Positions 40,984 through 55,382 of a DNA stretch of 64,000 bases are shown here, piece by piece. The position numbers were made by a program, and so were the translations under genes. The stretch spans positions 26,474,001 to 26,538,000 of the forward strand of contig OX597823.1 of assembly GCA_951406725.2 (NCBI GenBank), read 5' to 3'. The notes beneath the pieces were generated by a model. It saw only the letters and a list, made by a program, of their open reading frames with translations. It made no database searches and was not told where the DNA came from. Within the stretch, counting starts at the first letter, position 1. Each line of letters begins with the position of its first letter. The stretch comes from Octopus vulgaris (Eukaryota).

Positions 40984-42400
40984 AATCTTCTTAGTCACTG
41001 CTTTCATTTATTTGCATTGGGTTTCGGTATGAAATTACCTGTTCACCGTTTACTGTTATCTTACCCGCCCCGCAATGTTTATTCTTCTGAGCGGTGTATA
41101 TTTATGTTGTGTCCTATGTTGTTTTGCTTTGGTTTAGTATATCCGTTTCATATTTTCCTGGTCTGTAAAAATTATTCGGTTGTTTATTGACATGTCTCTT
41201 GTTACGTTTTGATAAGTTTACGCTATCGTAGGTAAATTTTAGGATTGCTTTTCCGCCTGATTTGAGAAGTCGATTCTGTAATATTAGTTGAAGGATTTAG
41301 CGTGGCTATATGGCAGAGCTAATCTGTCAGTATTCAACGCTGGTTCATTTTTGATTTTGTGACACATGGTAAAATTATTTTTAGTTAGGTAATTTCATTT
41401 GGTTAAGACATTTCTGAATTATTTTCGTGTTTGTCCAGTTTTCGTTTTTAAAGATTTTGAGAATTACATTGGATTAATATCTGGTACAATGGTTAAACCT
41501 TCACATGTAATCATTACATGTTATTTTATCAATAATTTAGTCGTGAATAAATAAACAAATTGAAATAAAATTAGAATTAACATTAACTCTAACACTATAC
41601 ATTTAATTATCAGAATAACGTTATTTATTAATAAGCTAAAGAATTGCGACAATTAATAAATTCTTTGAAAATTACTCTTCATGATTTCCTCTCAAAAATG
41701 TGGTGAGTTTAAAAGCAATATGGAGGTTATAAGCGATATTTCTGAAAATTAAACGTTCTTGACATCACAAATGTTTCCCTTTCCTCTTAGTTTTTGTTGT
41801 TAAATTGTTTTCTTCATTTTCATTGAATTTCTTCTTAAGCTTTGAAAGCCACGAATATTTACTGAGATCCTTGCATCACTAAATTCCCCTTACATTGCAG
41901 AGTGGCATAATCACTAGAAATGGCCTTATGATGGTTTATGTTCTAATTTCAAACTCTATCGGTATAGATTTCTTTGGCTTTCTTCAACAAAATGTTTATA
42001 ATGTTCGTTATTGTTATAAAGAGGTCAGTAGAGTGGCCGAAGCGGTGTAGTTTGGGATAGAATAACATGCAACATTTAACTACATCTTCCTTTACGTTGT
42101 GAGTTTAAATTCTGCTTAAGCTGACCCTCACAAAGATCTTGATAAAATAAGCGCCAGTAAGGTACTGGATAGATTTAATCGACTACTCTGTTTCTTATAA
42201 ATGTACGATACTGTGTAGAATATCAATGTAATTCTCATTGCAGTTTATCAATGTACATAGAAACTCACACGCACACACTAATACACATATAATACACACA
42301 TACATACACACACATGCGTACACACACACACGCACGCACGCACGCATAACCGTATGCACGTTGCTATATGATCAGAATGTATTTCTTCTTTATATTCTAG

Positions 42401-42710
42401 AAACGGTGAAAAATACGAGTCTCGTCTGGCAACCGGAATTGTACCATTGTACTCAGTGAAATGTGAAGGCCACGAGCAGACGATCAGTCATTGTCCCCTT
42501 GAAAGGCCAATGGATAATGGGTGTCCAGACAATAACTATGCTGTAGGTGTTACTTGTACCAATAACAAACAACAACTGTCACCAGTACCAACGTCTACCG
42601 ATCATGCACATAACGCATGCAAGCCAATGATCGTCTGTTTGTCTGCTCTAATACCGCCATTGATTTTAACTGTTTGTAACTTTTTGTTTGTTCGCCTGTT
42701 TGTCTTTTGA
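42401..42710 (+). CDS. SRCR protein terminal exon: C-terminal half of domain 2, Ser/Thr/Pro spacer and hydrophobic tail
   Basis: Acceptor TTCTTCTTTATATTCTAG, phase 2. Encodes NGEKYESRLATGIVPLYSVKCEGHEQTISHCPLERPMDNGCPDNNYAVGVTC...MIVCLSALIPPLILTVCNFLFVRLFVF-TGA. The 3' end is less certain than the SRCR part. Confidence 0.85.
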
Positions 42711-43324
42711 TATTTTTGTCTTATCTATCATGACATGCATGGAATCATTCTCCAATATACCTCAACCACCTCACGCCATATATGCACCCTCTCTCTTTAC
42801 ATTACCTTTTCTACCTCTCTCTACTACACCGGTCTCTGCTCCTAAGAGTTTGACTTATGCATACCAAATCCATCAAAGACCAACTATTAAACCTATATTT
42901 CCACATCTAGGTACCTGTTATGTAACTCTTTCCTATCCAGCCCCTGCAATAACCATTTCTAATCCTTCCTTCCTTCGTTCCTTCCTCCCTATGGCATCAA
43001 CTCCTTGAAATCTCCATTGCACCAGGAGTCGGGTCAAAATTATTACAGCTTAACGTCAACCATATTCAACTAACCAGTATAGAAGTGAGTTATATAGCTA
43101 TTGCACTTGATAGCTTTTAAAGTTCGATGTGATTAAAGTGTAATCAATTTCCTGGGTATCCGCATGCACCTAGAACGCGTTTTCTCAAGCTCGGAGCGAT
43201 GAACGGTAAAGTCAAAACCGGCAAGCTTTGAACTAAAGCAACAATAAAAGCAACGATAACAACATCGTCACCATATTCATCCTCCTCCTCCTCCTCCTCC
43301 TCCTCCTCCTCCTCCTCCTCCTCC

Positions 43325-43367
<43 letters not shown>

Positions 43368-44259
43368 AATCATCATCGGCGTCGTCGCCCTTGTCGTCTT
43401 TGGGGTTTGAATAATTCACCTCTGGAAACATGGGTGTTTTGTTCATCATCTTTAAACAACCCTTATTCAGGGATCTTTTGAGCGGGATGGGCTATTCGAC
43501 CTGAAGAAATTCTAACTGGGCCCCACCTGGAAGGTCATGCACTATTTATCTTGATATGAAATCACCATGTGGCACACACATGGTTGTGATCCATGTGCCT
43601 GGTGTATCCTTATAAGACGGGTAGTCATGATGGGTATATTGGGCTTCATATATTTGTACGTCAGTGTCACTTTGATGGAATGCACTGCTCTCTCACTCAA
43701 TAATAATAATAACAAAAATTAGGATATTAACTGCATAGGTAATATTCCTTCTCTTCTTTTCTTTCCTTCTCTTCATCTTAGTCCTTTTCTTCCAAAACAC
43801 CACTTGGCTTCCCCTTCTTTATCTCTCTTCTCCCTCACTTCCCCTAGCCAGTATCATTCCTTCAGTGTTCTGCTTTGTTACATCCAGAAATGGCTCAGAC
43901 AAAAGTAGCATTAATCTTTTAGGTCGTTCAATTTTTCTCAACTGATCAATGGATCATTTGAATAAACCTGTCAGTAACGAACCTATAACGATTACCGGAA
44001 ACAGCTGTAAGCCAAATTTAGTCCAATAGAGGGGAAAATGCGTAATGACCCAGCCATTTAACTACACATTTGCTTTTGGTGGTATTTTTCTTTTTCTGAA
44101 CTTCTCCGTTTTCATTTCTGATAAAGAACTATGTTCGAAACATCAAAAACCCTCTCTTCTTTTGCACGTTTACAGAGCGACGAACTAATACATTCCACGT
44201 GCACGTCCTCTTTTTGTTTTGTTATTGTCATGTTTAATGTTTGATTATTCGATATTGAG

Positions 44260-44320
<61 letters not shown>

Positions 44321-44541
44321 AATAAAGGTTAGAAACCTCATTGAGGGATAGCAAAATCCTATGAATGTACTGGTTAGTTACCTATACAAATGTTGAACAT
44401 TACAGTTAATACTCAACTGCAAGGTAACTATATGAAACATGTTTTATTCTGTTCTTTACGTATAAATTTTATCAGTTAGCGGTCTGCAGCCGTTTACTGA
44501 ACATGCAGGAATTGAACACCTATTTTGTATATCTTAAACTA

Positions 44542-44624
44542 CCTCTGACGAAATTCGACTTCCAGATAATTTTAAATTTCTTTAATCAATTTTCTGAAGT
44601 TCTTGAATTGAAACGGCTGTAAGG
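44542..44624 (+). ncRNA. Type-I hammerhead motif with extended stem II
   Basis: cct CTGACGA AATTC gactt.caga...tctg.aagt.. GAATT GAAAC GGCT GTA agg. Confidence 0.6.
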
Positions 44625-45016
44625 GATTATTGTCAATTTTTTAAATAAATAATAAATTATTAATTATCTCTCTATTTTCTTATCTTACCTTTTATATATA
44701 TATATTCTGCTGAAGAGCGTAGGCTTGAAGCATAAAATACTTTTTCATTTTTCCCGAGCGTCAAAGTAATACATTTGCTTGTTGTTCATACATGTGTTTT
44801 TGTCTTTTGTTTTCTTATAAATTTCAACTATATAAATACATATGTGTGTGTGTGTGTGTGTGTGTGTTTATACAACATCGGAAAGTTGAACTGTGAACGT
44901 TTATGCCTCTTTTTTCTTCTCTCTCTTAATCTCCTTATTCCGTTACTCCTTTCCTCGTATATATTAATGGAACGTTGTCATTCTATTAATATATACCTTT
45001 CTCATTTTCCTTAATT

Positions 45017-45072
45017 GTCTCTGAAAATAGAATATCCAATACTCGGGGATATCTCTGAAACAACTGTAAGAC
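45017..45072 (+). ncRNA. Degenerate hammerhead motif
   Basis: gtct CTGAAAA ..ATATCC..GGATAT.. GAAAC AACT GTA agac. Stems are intact but the core has G8 changed to A. Confidence 0.45.
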
Positions 45073-45131
45073 TGAATTTTTCAAATAATAATAATGTATA
45101 TGACTTGAGATGTTTGCCTTGCCTTAACAAT

Positions 45132-45191
<60 letters not shown>

Positions 45192-45270
45192 TTATATATA
45201 TTATCTGTTATTTATGTATTGGTTTATGTCTATCACTGTTTGAGTTGCATAATAGTAGTTTTATCTCTAA

Positions 45271-45338
<68 letters not shown>

Positions 45339-45476
45339 TAGAAAAATGAAATTTCTTTTTATGGATAATTCGTTTAACCGATACCTGGGTAGCAAATTCA
45401 CATCAGAAATAACACGGTTGAAGTTACGTGCCTAGGGCAGAGACTACGTGTTTTCATGTGGAAATTTGTGTGTGTT

Positions 45477-45771
45477 TTTATAAAATTTTTGAATAAATGA
45501 AAGAATGGAGTTGAACGACAAATTAACAAATTTCCTTTATTTTCGACATATGTTTCGAAGGCTGCATATTCCTAATTGTGAAGGAATAAGGAGTACATTA
45601 TGCCGCTTGGCATAAGGAATAATGAGTACATTATTTCTGATGAGAAAGCGGCATAATGTACTCCTTATTCCTTCACAATTAGGAATATGCAGCCTTCGAA
45701 ACATATGTCGAAAATAAAGGAAATTTGTTAACTTGTCGTTCAACTCCATTCTTTCATTTATTCAAAAATTT

Positions 45772-45777
<6 letters not shown>
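45477..45777. repeat. 132-bp inverted repeat with 37-nt spacer
   Basis: Arms 45477-45608 and 45646-45777 with one visible mismatch, inside a (TA)n-flanked island. Confidence 0.9.
45631..45717 (+). ncRNA. Type-I hammerhead ribozyme motif
   Basis: ttattt CTGATGA GAAagcggcata...tatgcagccTTC GAAAC ATAT GTC gaaaataa. Stem I is short and imperfect. Confidence 0.68.
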
Positions 45778-45827
<50 letters not shown>

Positions 45828-46636
45828 TCCGTGTCCCGCGGACAGACACTATTGTAGGCTTTGCTATTTGTTATGTACAGAAATGCTTGCTTAGACATTT
45901 CTCAAAGCCTCCCTTAACTGGGTTTGCGTGGCACAGAGAAAAAAACCCCATCCATTTTGTCAGACAAAATTAGGTCAGCTTTCCTTTTGCCTGCTCCCGA
46001 ATAAATTTTTTCATACAAAGAGACGAATTCTTTCCAGATATATTTTCACACCTGAATCTGGGACGGTTACCTTTCCATGCTTGGAAATTGGGTGTTTGCA
46101 GCAATTTGCGCAAAACTAGTACCTCCACGTGTGCATTTCTAGCTCAGCTATGTTTGTATCTGTTGCTTTGCTTTCGCCAAGCAAGTTTTCCACAAACCAC
46201 AACTGGCAGCATAAACAAAATGAAAACTATTTTTTAAACATTTTTCCTGATTGACAGCAGTGTGTGTGTGCGTTGTTACTGCTTTAATTACATTGCATAA
46301 ATTTGCATTTTGAGATATTAAATATTAATTGTCAATGATGTTTGAGAGTAAGCGTTCAATTCATTTGCAATATTTTTTTGTTGTAATTTTGTTAATCATT
46401 TTTTATAATTCGTTTTCGAAGATTGTTCCTACAGTTTGTTTTGAACGGGCGATAATTATTCTGTTTCTTGTTAACATCTTTCATCGTTCATCTCGTTGAG
46501 AATACATGTTGAATATTGTAAATAAAAAAATTTAAAGCAAAATGTCTGTAAAATAAACTTTCCCAATATATGGACTAGACGTCTTGACGTACAAAAGCTC
46601 TTTCCCTCGCAGAATATTCTAGAAGGAAAAAATAAA

Positions 46637-47054
46637 GGTTCTTTTCGGTTTGAACGGCAGTTTTTAACATAATTTCTAGGTAACTAAAAAATTTTAAACT
46701 TCGTATACTGGTAGAATGTGTTTGTAAAACATCTTTTTCTTTTGGCTTTATTGAGAAAATTCTATAGTTTGTAAGATATTTGGTATTTAATTTCTTACAT
46801 TTCGGCAATTTCAACCAATCAATGACCGTCTGTTGAGGTGAAAACATTCTGTGCCGTATGAATATGTCCTTCGTTTAAGAAACAGATTGGGTTTATTTAC
46901 ATTTGTGAAGAAAAAAAAGATACCGTTCCCCCAACCCCTAACCCTAACCCTAAAATAGATTGAAATGCAATAGATCGATACTAGGGTCATAATTATGGGT
47001 GACAATTTCATATGTCACCGCTAGAAAAAACTGCCGTTCAAACCGAAAAGGTCC
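46637..47054 (-). mobile_element. Merlin-type MITE with internal (CCCTAA)n
   Basis: TIR of about 29 bp GG..CTTTTCGGTTTGAACGGCAGTTTTT with 8-bp TSD AAAATAAA. CCCTAACCCTAACCCTAA near 46935-46953. Confidence 0.85.
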
Positions 47055-49193
47055 AAAATAAATTCTATCCGCACAAAAAGCAAACAAAAAGCAAAAGAAC
47101 TTGATAATAATTTCGTTCTATCTGCGTTGTCATAAGAGACATTCGCATACACAAAAATATGTTTTCTTATGTAGACACAAAGACAGATAAAATAATAACA
47201 ACAATGGCTTTTGATTTAGGCACAAGGAATGCACTTTTGAAGGGAGGAGGTAGGTTGATGCCATTGACTCTAGTACAGGTATTGTTGTTACTACTAATGT
47301 TGTTGCTACAATTGTTAGTTACTACTACGTCTGTAGTGTTTGTACAGTAGGAGGGTTGACTGCCAGCAGCAAAATACACTTTCAAAATCACTTCTATTTT
47401 CACTGACCAGCAGACAAGATCGAAGACATTTTGAACATTTTTGCTTTGCTTCGGAAAAACTTTATTTCTAAAATTTTGTTCCGGAGAGCAAGTAAAAATG
47501 AAACGTTGGCCTGTCTCGTATACTTCTGGTCAACTTAATAACAAGACAAAACAATAAAATCAACAGCAGCCCTATGGAAATTAAAGAAAAACACAAAGAC
47601 ACGAACTCACGGAACACCCAAAACACGCTCAGCGATGAACAACAATAACAACAGCATCAACTTCTAATTTGTCGACAGACTTCCAAATATCATAAATATT
47701 TTTGCTGGTAAAACGATGAAAAAAATATCCTTACATTTTTCTTGACGTAATACTGGCAGAAATCACAGTGCTATGAACTCGTGCGCCCACGTTTAACAGC
47801 AGTAGTAACAGTAGTAGCAGCAGCAGCAATAACAACGACAATACTCTCCTCCTCCTCCTCCTCCTCATCATCATCATCATCATCATCATCATTTTTATCA
47901 TCAGCTGCAGCAGCAACAGCAGCGACAACAATAACAATAACAATAATGACATCAACAATCACAACACACACACACACACCCACACACACACTCACATACA
48001 CACCCACGTAAATGAAAAGTGAATGAACCAAAGCTAGGCGTAGAGAAAAAAAAAATAAAACAGGAAAGCAAGAAAGACTTCTGTAATAACTTTATTTCTC
48101 ATTATATAGGAGAATTTCCAGGAAAATTCTAATTAATTATTAATTAAAAATGCATCATTAATTAAAAATCAATTGAATATAACAAATGAAGTAAACACAA
48201 TCATTCAGATTCTGAATATCTTTCACAAAGTCTTGAGTATGATGAATATTTAAAATACAATCTTTACTTCGTACAGTTATGGCTATAACTTGCTGGGTGC
48301 GTTTAAATGAGAAACCCTCTAAGGCGGCGAGTTGGCAGAAGTGTTCGCAGGCCGGGCGAAATGCTTAGCGGGATTTCGTCTGTCTTTATGTTCTGAGTTC
48401 AAACTCTGCCGTGGTCGATTTTGACTTTCATCCTTTCGGGATCGATAAATTAAGTACCAGTTGCCTACTGAGGTCGATCTAATCGACTGGCTCCCCCCCA
48501 CCAACCAAAATTTCGGGTCTTGTGCCTAGAGTAGAAAAGAATGAGAGACTCTCTCTCTACGCGCTTACTCTCGTGAGCATGGAGAAGATTAATCGAGCCT
48601 CGATGAAAGCCTGTATACTGTGGATATTCTTTTATTTGTTTCAGTCATTTGACTGCGGCAATGCTGGAGCACTGCCTTTAGTCGAATTAATCGGCCCCCA
48701 GGACTTATTCTTTGTAAGCCTAGTACTTATTCTATGGGTCACTTTTGTCGAACTGTTATGTTGCGGGGACATAAATTCACCAACATCGGTTTTCAAGCGA
48801 TAAACATAGGTACACACACACATACACACACACACATATACATATACGACGGGCTTCTTTCAGTTTCCTTCTACCAAATCCACTCACAAGGCATTGATCG
48901 ATCCGAGGCTATAATAGAAGACATTTACCAATAACTAGCCTATCGACTGTGTACATACATTGAGTATTTATATATACGTATCGGTGTGTGTTTGTGTATG
49001 TACACACACACACACACACACGACGAGCTTCCACGCAGTTTCTGTCTATCAAATTCGCGGTGTGTTTTGGAACGTAACACCCGCGATAGTCGAGGGATTA
49101 CTGTATTCGTTTATTGAACGGCTATGGAAATGGGTTTAGACTCCAGCCTAATGTGTTTTAGGATTCATGATAGAGCCCAGTCAGTATATTCAT

Positions 49194-49358
49194 TAACCTG
49201 ATGAGCAAGTCGTTATACCTGTATTAATTTATGAATTATACAACTGAATTATATCATTTATATTATATACATTAATAGAGGCATGTAAGCTAACTTATCT
49301 ATTATTCTCTAAAATAAATTGTTTTTATATGACGAAAGCTGTGAAACAATTGTAGTTG
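49194..49358 (+). ncRNA. Hammerhead motif with very long stem II insert
   Basis: taac CTGATGA GCA...(about 130 nt)...TGT GAAAC AATT GTA gttg. Confidence 0.5.
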
Positions 49359-49594
49359 TATGGGTACCAATTGGTGAAATAATTTTTTCCATCTCATACC
49401 TCTTCTATATTTTATACACTACTAATGAAATAATCATTACTAATTGGATTTACTGGGGTTCAACTGCATCAGATTATACATTACATCCCTTTGTTTTATT
49501 TTGGTTTACTATATGGGTTATAGCCTGGTCCGTTAAAGGAGTTTTATATGAGTACTACCGGATTAGTTAAATCCCTATATTGTGAATCGAATTC

Positions 49595-49634
<40 letters not shown>

Positions 49635-49894
49635 GTATTTATATATATATAGCTCAAGTTTACAGAAAACAAAAGACAAAGACGGATGTAGGAACAGCAA
49701 AGCAGGTGTATTAGTTTAACGCTCGACAAGAATGGAAAAGTCTTTGACGTTTCGAGCATACGCTCTTCGATGGAAAGGATTAAGAGAAAAAAAAAGGAAT
49801 GAGGATGAAAAATAAACGGGAAAAAATGTGTAGGAATTAACAGTTCATATATATATGAAGAGAGTAAAGAGAATATATATATATATATATATAT

Positions 49895-50426
<532 letters not shown>

Positions 50427-51179
50427 GTCCAGCATAACTGGAGCCGCATGGCCGAAGCACAAAAGTGAATAAAAGAAATATAATGTACATATGTGTGTAT
50501 ATGTGGGTACATACATATAAATATCTATCAATCTCTTTCTTTCTCTCCTCCCCTCTTTACATCTAAACTTTACATTCAACTATATGTCTCCTTTCATGTC
50601 TTTCCTTCGTTCTTTTCATTGTTTTCTTCTCCCATTGTTTTTGTTTTTTTCTTTCTTCATTTCTTGTACAAACTTCCGTGTCACGCACTTCTCGCACCGC
50701 ACCTATTTTAAATATTCACATTCATACACTTGCCTATACAATTTTAAATTTTCATAAACAACAATTCCCTTCAGCTATTAACATCAATTTACATTCAGAC
50801 ACACAGACAAACTCACACAGTCACACCTACATATTTGGAAAAAGATATTCATTTCGATGTAAATACGATCATACACGCATGTAAAATTTCTCTCCTTTTC
50901 TAGTACTAAACGTTCAGCTTCACATACTGTGTAAACGAAGACGATAACCCCATTTTCTGGCATTGAAACCTTTATCTTATTTTCTTACCCTTTTGCTTCC
51001 AGCTTTATATGAAAACAGCTTAACACTTAAACTAAGTGTTAAACACTATTTTCTACATTATTTATATTATTTACATTTGACGGATATTTGTCCTCATTTT
51101 TTTTTGTTAAGACGACGTTTCGGCTGATATATATTTCTGTATGTGTGTTTATAGATAGAAAGATGCATATATACATATA

Positions 51180-51500
51180 CATTTTTTACATTTGACGGGT
51201 ATTTGTCCTCATCTTGTTTGTTGTTAAGACAACGTTTCGGCTGATATACCTTCCAGCCTTCATCAGGTGTCTTGGTGAAATTTCGAACCTGGGTTCTCAT
51301 TCCTAAGGTATTTTTCGATGTTGTTATTATTATTATTACTATCATTATTATGATTATTATTGCCTAGAATCGAACCCGGAATCTTTGGGTTAGTAGCCTG
51401 CGCTCTTTACCATTATGCCATATGCCCGTGAGTATATGGCGTAGTGGTTAAGAGCGCGGGCTACTAATCCCAAGATTGCGAGTTCGATTCCAGGCAATGA

Positions 51501-51563
<63 letters not shown>

Positions 51564-51715
51564 CATCGAAAAATACCTTAGGAATGAGAACCCAGGTTCG
51601 AAATTTCACCAAGACTCCTGATGAAGGCTGGAGGGTATATAAGCTGAAACGTTGTGTTAACAACAAACGAGATGAGGACAAATATCCGTCAAATGTAAAT
51701 AATGTAAAGAATGTA
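51180..51715. mobile_element. Head-to-head pair of tRNA-headed SINEs with (AAT)n linker and hammerhead-bearing tail
   Basis: Plus copy about 51430-51715: A box TGGCGTAGTGG, B box GAGTTCGATTCC, (AAT)n, then CTGATGA-A-GGCTG..(C/A)AGC(C/T)-GAAAC-GTT. Minus copy about 51180-51427, extra tail piece at 51052-51130, third copy at 60950-61210. Confidence 0.8.
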
Positions 51716-52391
51716 CATAATTCATCATCTCTTAAATATAGAAGTGTATTATTTTCTACTATAGGCACAAGGTCAGAAATTTTTGGGGAAAGGGTTAGTT
51801 GATTACGTCGAGATCCAATTGGTACTTATTTAATCGACCCTAAAAGGATAAAAAATAAAGCTCGCCTTGGTGAAATTTGAACTCAGAACATAAAACTAAT
51901 AGAAGTACCGCTAACCATTTTGTCTGGCGTGCTAACAATTCTGCCAGCCATCGATTTTACATAAATCAATCGTTATTAAAGAAATTATACAAGTACTATA
52001 TATTTATTCCACGTAAGTCCGAGAGCCATTAAATGGAAAAATTACAAGTAACATGTAACTGCCACCTTTGAAAATAAAGAATATACTTATTAGCCCTTTA
52101 ACTGTTGTGTTCTGTATCACGTAATGTTTAACTATTGTATAACGTACATCCATATATATTAAACCTCTATATATTACAATATTTGTAGCATATAACGATT
52201 ATGTTTTCTGATAAAAACCGGTTTGCTTAATTATTTCTTTCTTTTCTCAAATACCTAAGATAACAATTCGATCATGTATATCAGATCGATAAATAAGTTG
52301 CAGACAAAAATATGTTTTGGTTTTGATATAATCAATTAAAACACCCTTGTAGATGTATCCCAGCTCGGTCATAGTCAAAAGACAAAATCTG

Positions 52392-52492
<101 letters not shown>

Positions 52493-52645
52493 AATGTTTA
52501 TTTTCATGTCGAGTTATAATAGAAACCGACTGAAGTCCGATGAAGGCCATCAAGCCGATTCTTCGATGTCACTGTCATGACACCTCTTGTAAAAATGATA
52601 TAATGTATCCCTTTGTGTCTTTGTTTATTTATCTGTCTGTCTCTT

Positions 52646-52750
<105 letters not shown>

Positions 52751-52840
52751 AATAAAAAAAACGAAGAACAAACACAAAAAAAACAACAACGCAAGGATGT
52801 GTAAAGTATTAGCGGACGCTGAGGGAAGGAAAGAAAGGCG

Positions 52841-52875
52841 GTCTTATGTTTCGAGCAAAGCTCTTCTTCAGAAAC
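52841..52875 (-). ncRNA. Minimal hammerhead-like motif in a dispersed repeat (relatives near 44118, 44710, 49745)
   Basis: Minus strand reads gttt CTGAAGA A GAGC ttt GCTC GAAAC ATA agac. Confidence 0.55.
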
Positions 52876-53046
52876 AGAAGCAAGTCCAATAGAAAAAGAA
52901 AACGGAGGAAAACAATGGCCAACAATTCACATGTGCTTACATTTTGAAATATATATTTAAATATATATATATGTACATTATGTACATATGTATGCACGTA
53001 TACATGTGTGTGTGTTTATATACATTCGTTTGTTTGTTTGTTTGTT

Positions 53047-53090
<44 letters not shown>

Positions 53091-53890
53091 TGTGTGTGCA
53101 TGCGTGTGTGTGGTAAATATTGCCGATGTACCTTGGCAATATTTGCTTACTGGTATCAATGAATTTGGACAGCGGTTTTCAGCAAACTTTCGAAGCAGTT
53201 GCAAAAGTAAAAGAGAAGATGATTGCGCGCTGGAAGCTGAATTCAATAAATCATTGTATGATATTTTTCAATAAATTTTTCAATAAATTTTTCAATAAAT
53301 TACAGGATTTTGAACTGTTTGTGAATGGGGTAACTCTGTTCAAGTTAAGTCATGTGATGTCTTTTCAAAGAAAGCACATGACTTAAGTATGCTTTTCCAT
53401 AAGACATTTTTGCGTTTCTAAAGCAACAGTGCGCAACATAACAGTTGCTTAGAAAATAGCAAGAGTTTTCTATTCATTGTCTGTGTTGAGCAGTTTGTTG
53501 CATAATATTTCTATGTTGATCTTAAATTGCATCATTTTGAACTGTTACTGAATGGAATAATTTTGCTGTTCAAAATAGAATGAGTGATGTCCATAAACTT
53601 TCGTTTAACTTCATTTTCCAGATGTGCTCCGAGAGCAATGTAGTATTTTTCTGATGGTGTTTTAAATATCACATAGTGATAACATGTATTGCAAAATCGC
53701 CTTTACGTGGAACTGCTCGCATACTGCGTTAAATTTCTGTCTGTCTGTGGTCCTTGAGACTTGACAGAAAGTACAGAAAGTACAAACTCTCGATAGACAC
53801 AATATTTTCAATCAACAACATCATGATATTGGATATTGTGCGACGTCTTCAATAATAACAATAATAATAATGATGATGATGATGATGATG

Positions 53891-53940
<50 letters not shown>

Positions 53941-54159
53941 CCTTTCTACTAAAGGTACAAGGCCTGAAATTTGGTGGGTGGGGACAAGTCGATTACATCG
54001 ACCCCAGCGTTTCATTGGTACTTATTTTATCGACCCCCCAAAGGATGAAAGGCAAAATCGACCTCGGCAGAATTTGAACTCACAACGTAGCGATGGTTGA
54101 AATACCGCTAAATATTTCCTCCAGCGTGCCAACGATTCTGCCAGCTCACCGCCTTTTTC

Positions 54160-54245
<86 letters not shown>

Positions 54246-54253
54246 TATTATTC

Positions 54254-54294
<41 letters not shown>

Positions 54295-54700
54295 TTCAAA
54301 TTTTGCCACAATGGCAGCCATTTTTTAAGGGAGGGGATGTGTCGATTACATCGATCCTAGTGTTTCACTGGTACTTTCAACCAAAAGATTGAAAGGCAAA
54401 ATCGACTATGGCGGAATTTGAATGCAGGAACGCAGCGACGAGCAAAATGCCTATTTCTTTACTACTCACAAGGGGCTAAATACAGAGAGGACAAACAAGA
54501 ATAGACAAACGGATTAAGTCGATTATATCGACCCCAGTGCGTAACTGGTTCTTATTTAATCGATCCCGAAAAAATGAAATAGCAAAGTCGACCTCGGCGG
54601 AATTTGAACTCAGAACGTAACGGCAGACGAAATACCTCTAAGCATTTCGCCCGGCGTGCTAACGATTCTACCAGCTCGCCGCCGTAATGATAATAATAAC

Positions 54701-54774
<74 letters not shown>

Positions 54775-55320
54775 CCCTGATGCAGTACCAGGAAGTGGCT
54801 CTCGTGGCTTCTGATCTTAACTGATTGGAAGTGTTATCATGTACATTGTTTTGTTTTGGTATAAAAGATGGGCTGCAGCAAATATTCTGCTCAATACCAC
54901 AGTTTTGCTTGTCAGTTGTTTGACCTTAACCAGTTGAGTATGTTTCTTTGTGGCTGACGATATGTGCATCTCTGATCACGAGCAGAAGTAGTGTGGGAGC
55001 ACCATAGCCATGTGTTGAGAGAGATTCTTTGGGGTTTGAATAATTCACCTCTGGAAACATGGGTGTTTTGTCCTTAAACAACCCTTATTCAGGGACTTTT
55101 GGAGCGGGATGGACTACTCAACCAGAAGAAAATTCTAACTTGGCCCCACCTGCAAGGTCATGCGCTGTTAATCTTGATATGAGATCACCATGTCGCGCAC
55201 ATATGGTTGTGATACATGTGCCTAGTGTACCCTTATCAGACGAGTAGTCATGATGGGTATACTGGGCTTTGTATATTTTACCCCAGTGTCACTTTAATGT
55301 CATGCACTGCTCTTTCACTC

Positions 55321-55382
<62 letters not shown>

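Noticed and set aside
43144-43449. Acidic poly-D/E ORF on the minus strand (similar case at 47771-48031)
   Set aside because: Produced by (TCC)n(TCA)n trinucleotide repeats, joined at 43398-43449 to a dispersed repeat.
51430-51503. Possible genuine tRNA gene (anticodon ACT)
   Set aside because: The acceptor and T stems pair poorly, and it is fused to a repeated tail in three copies, so it is a SINE head.
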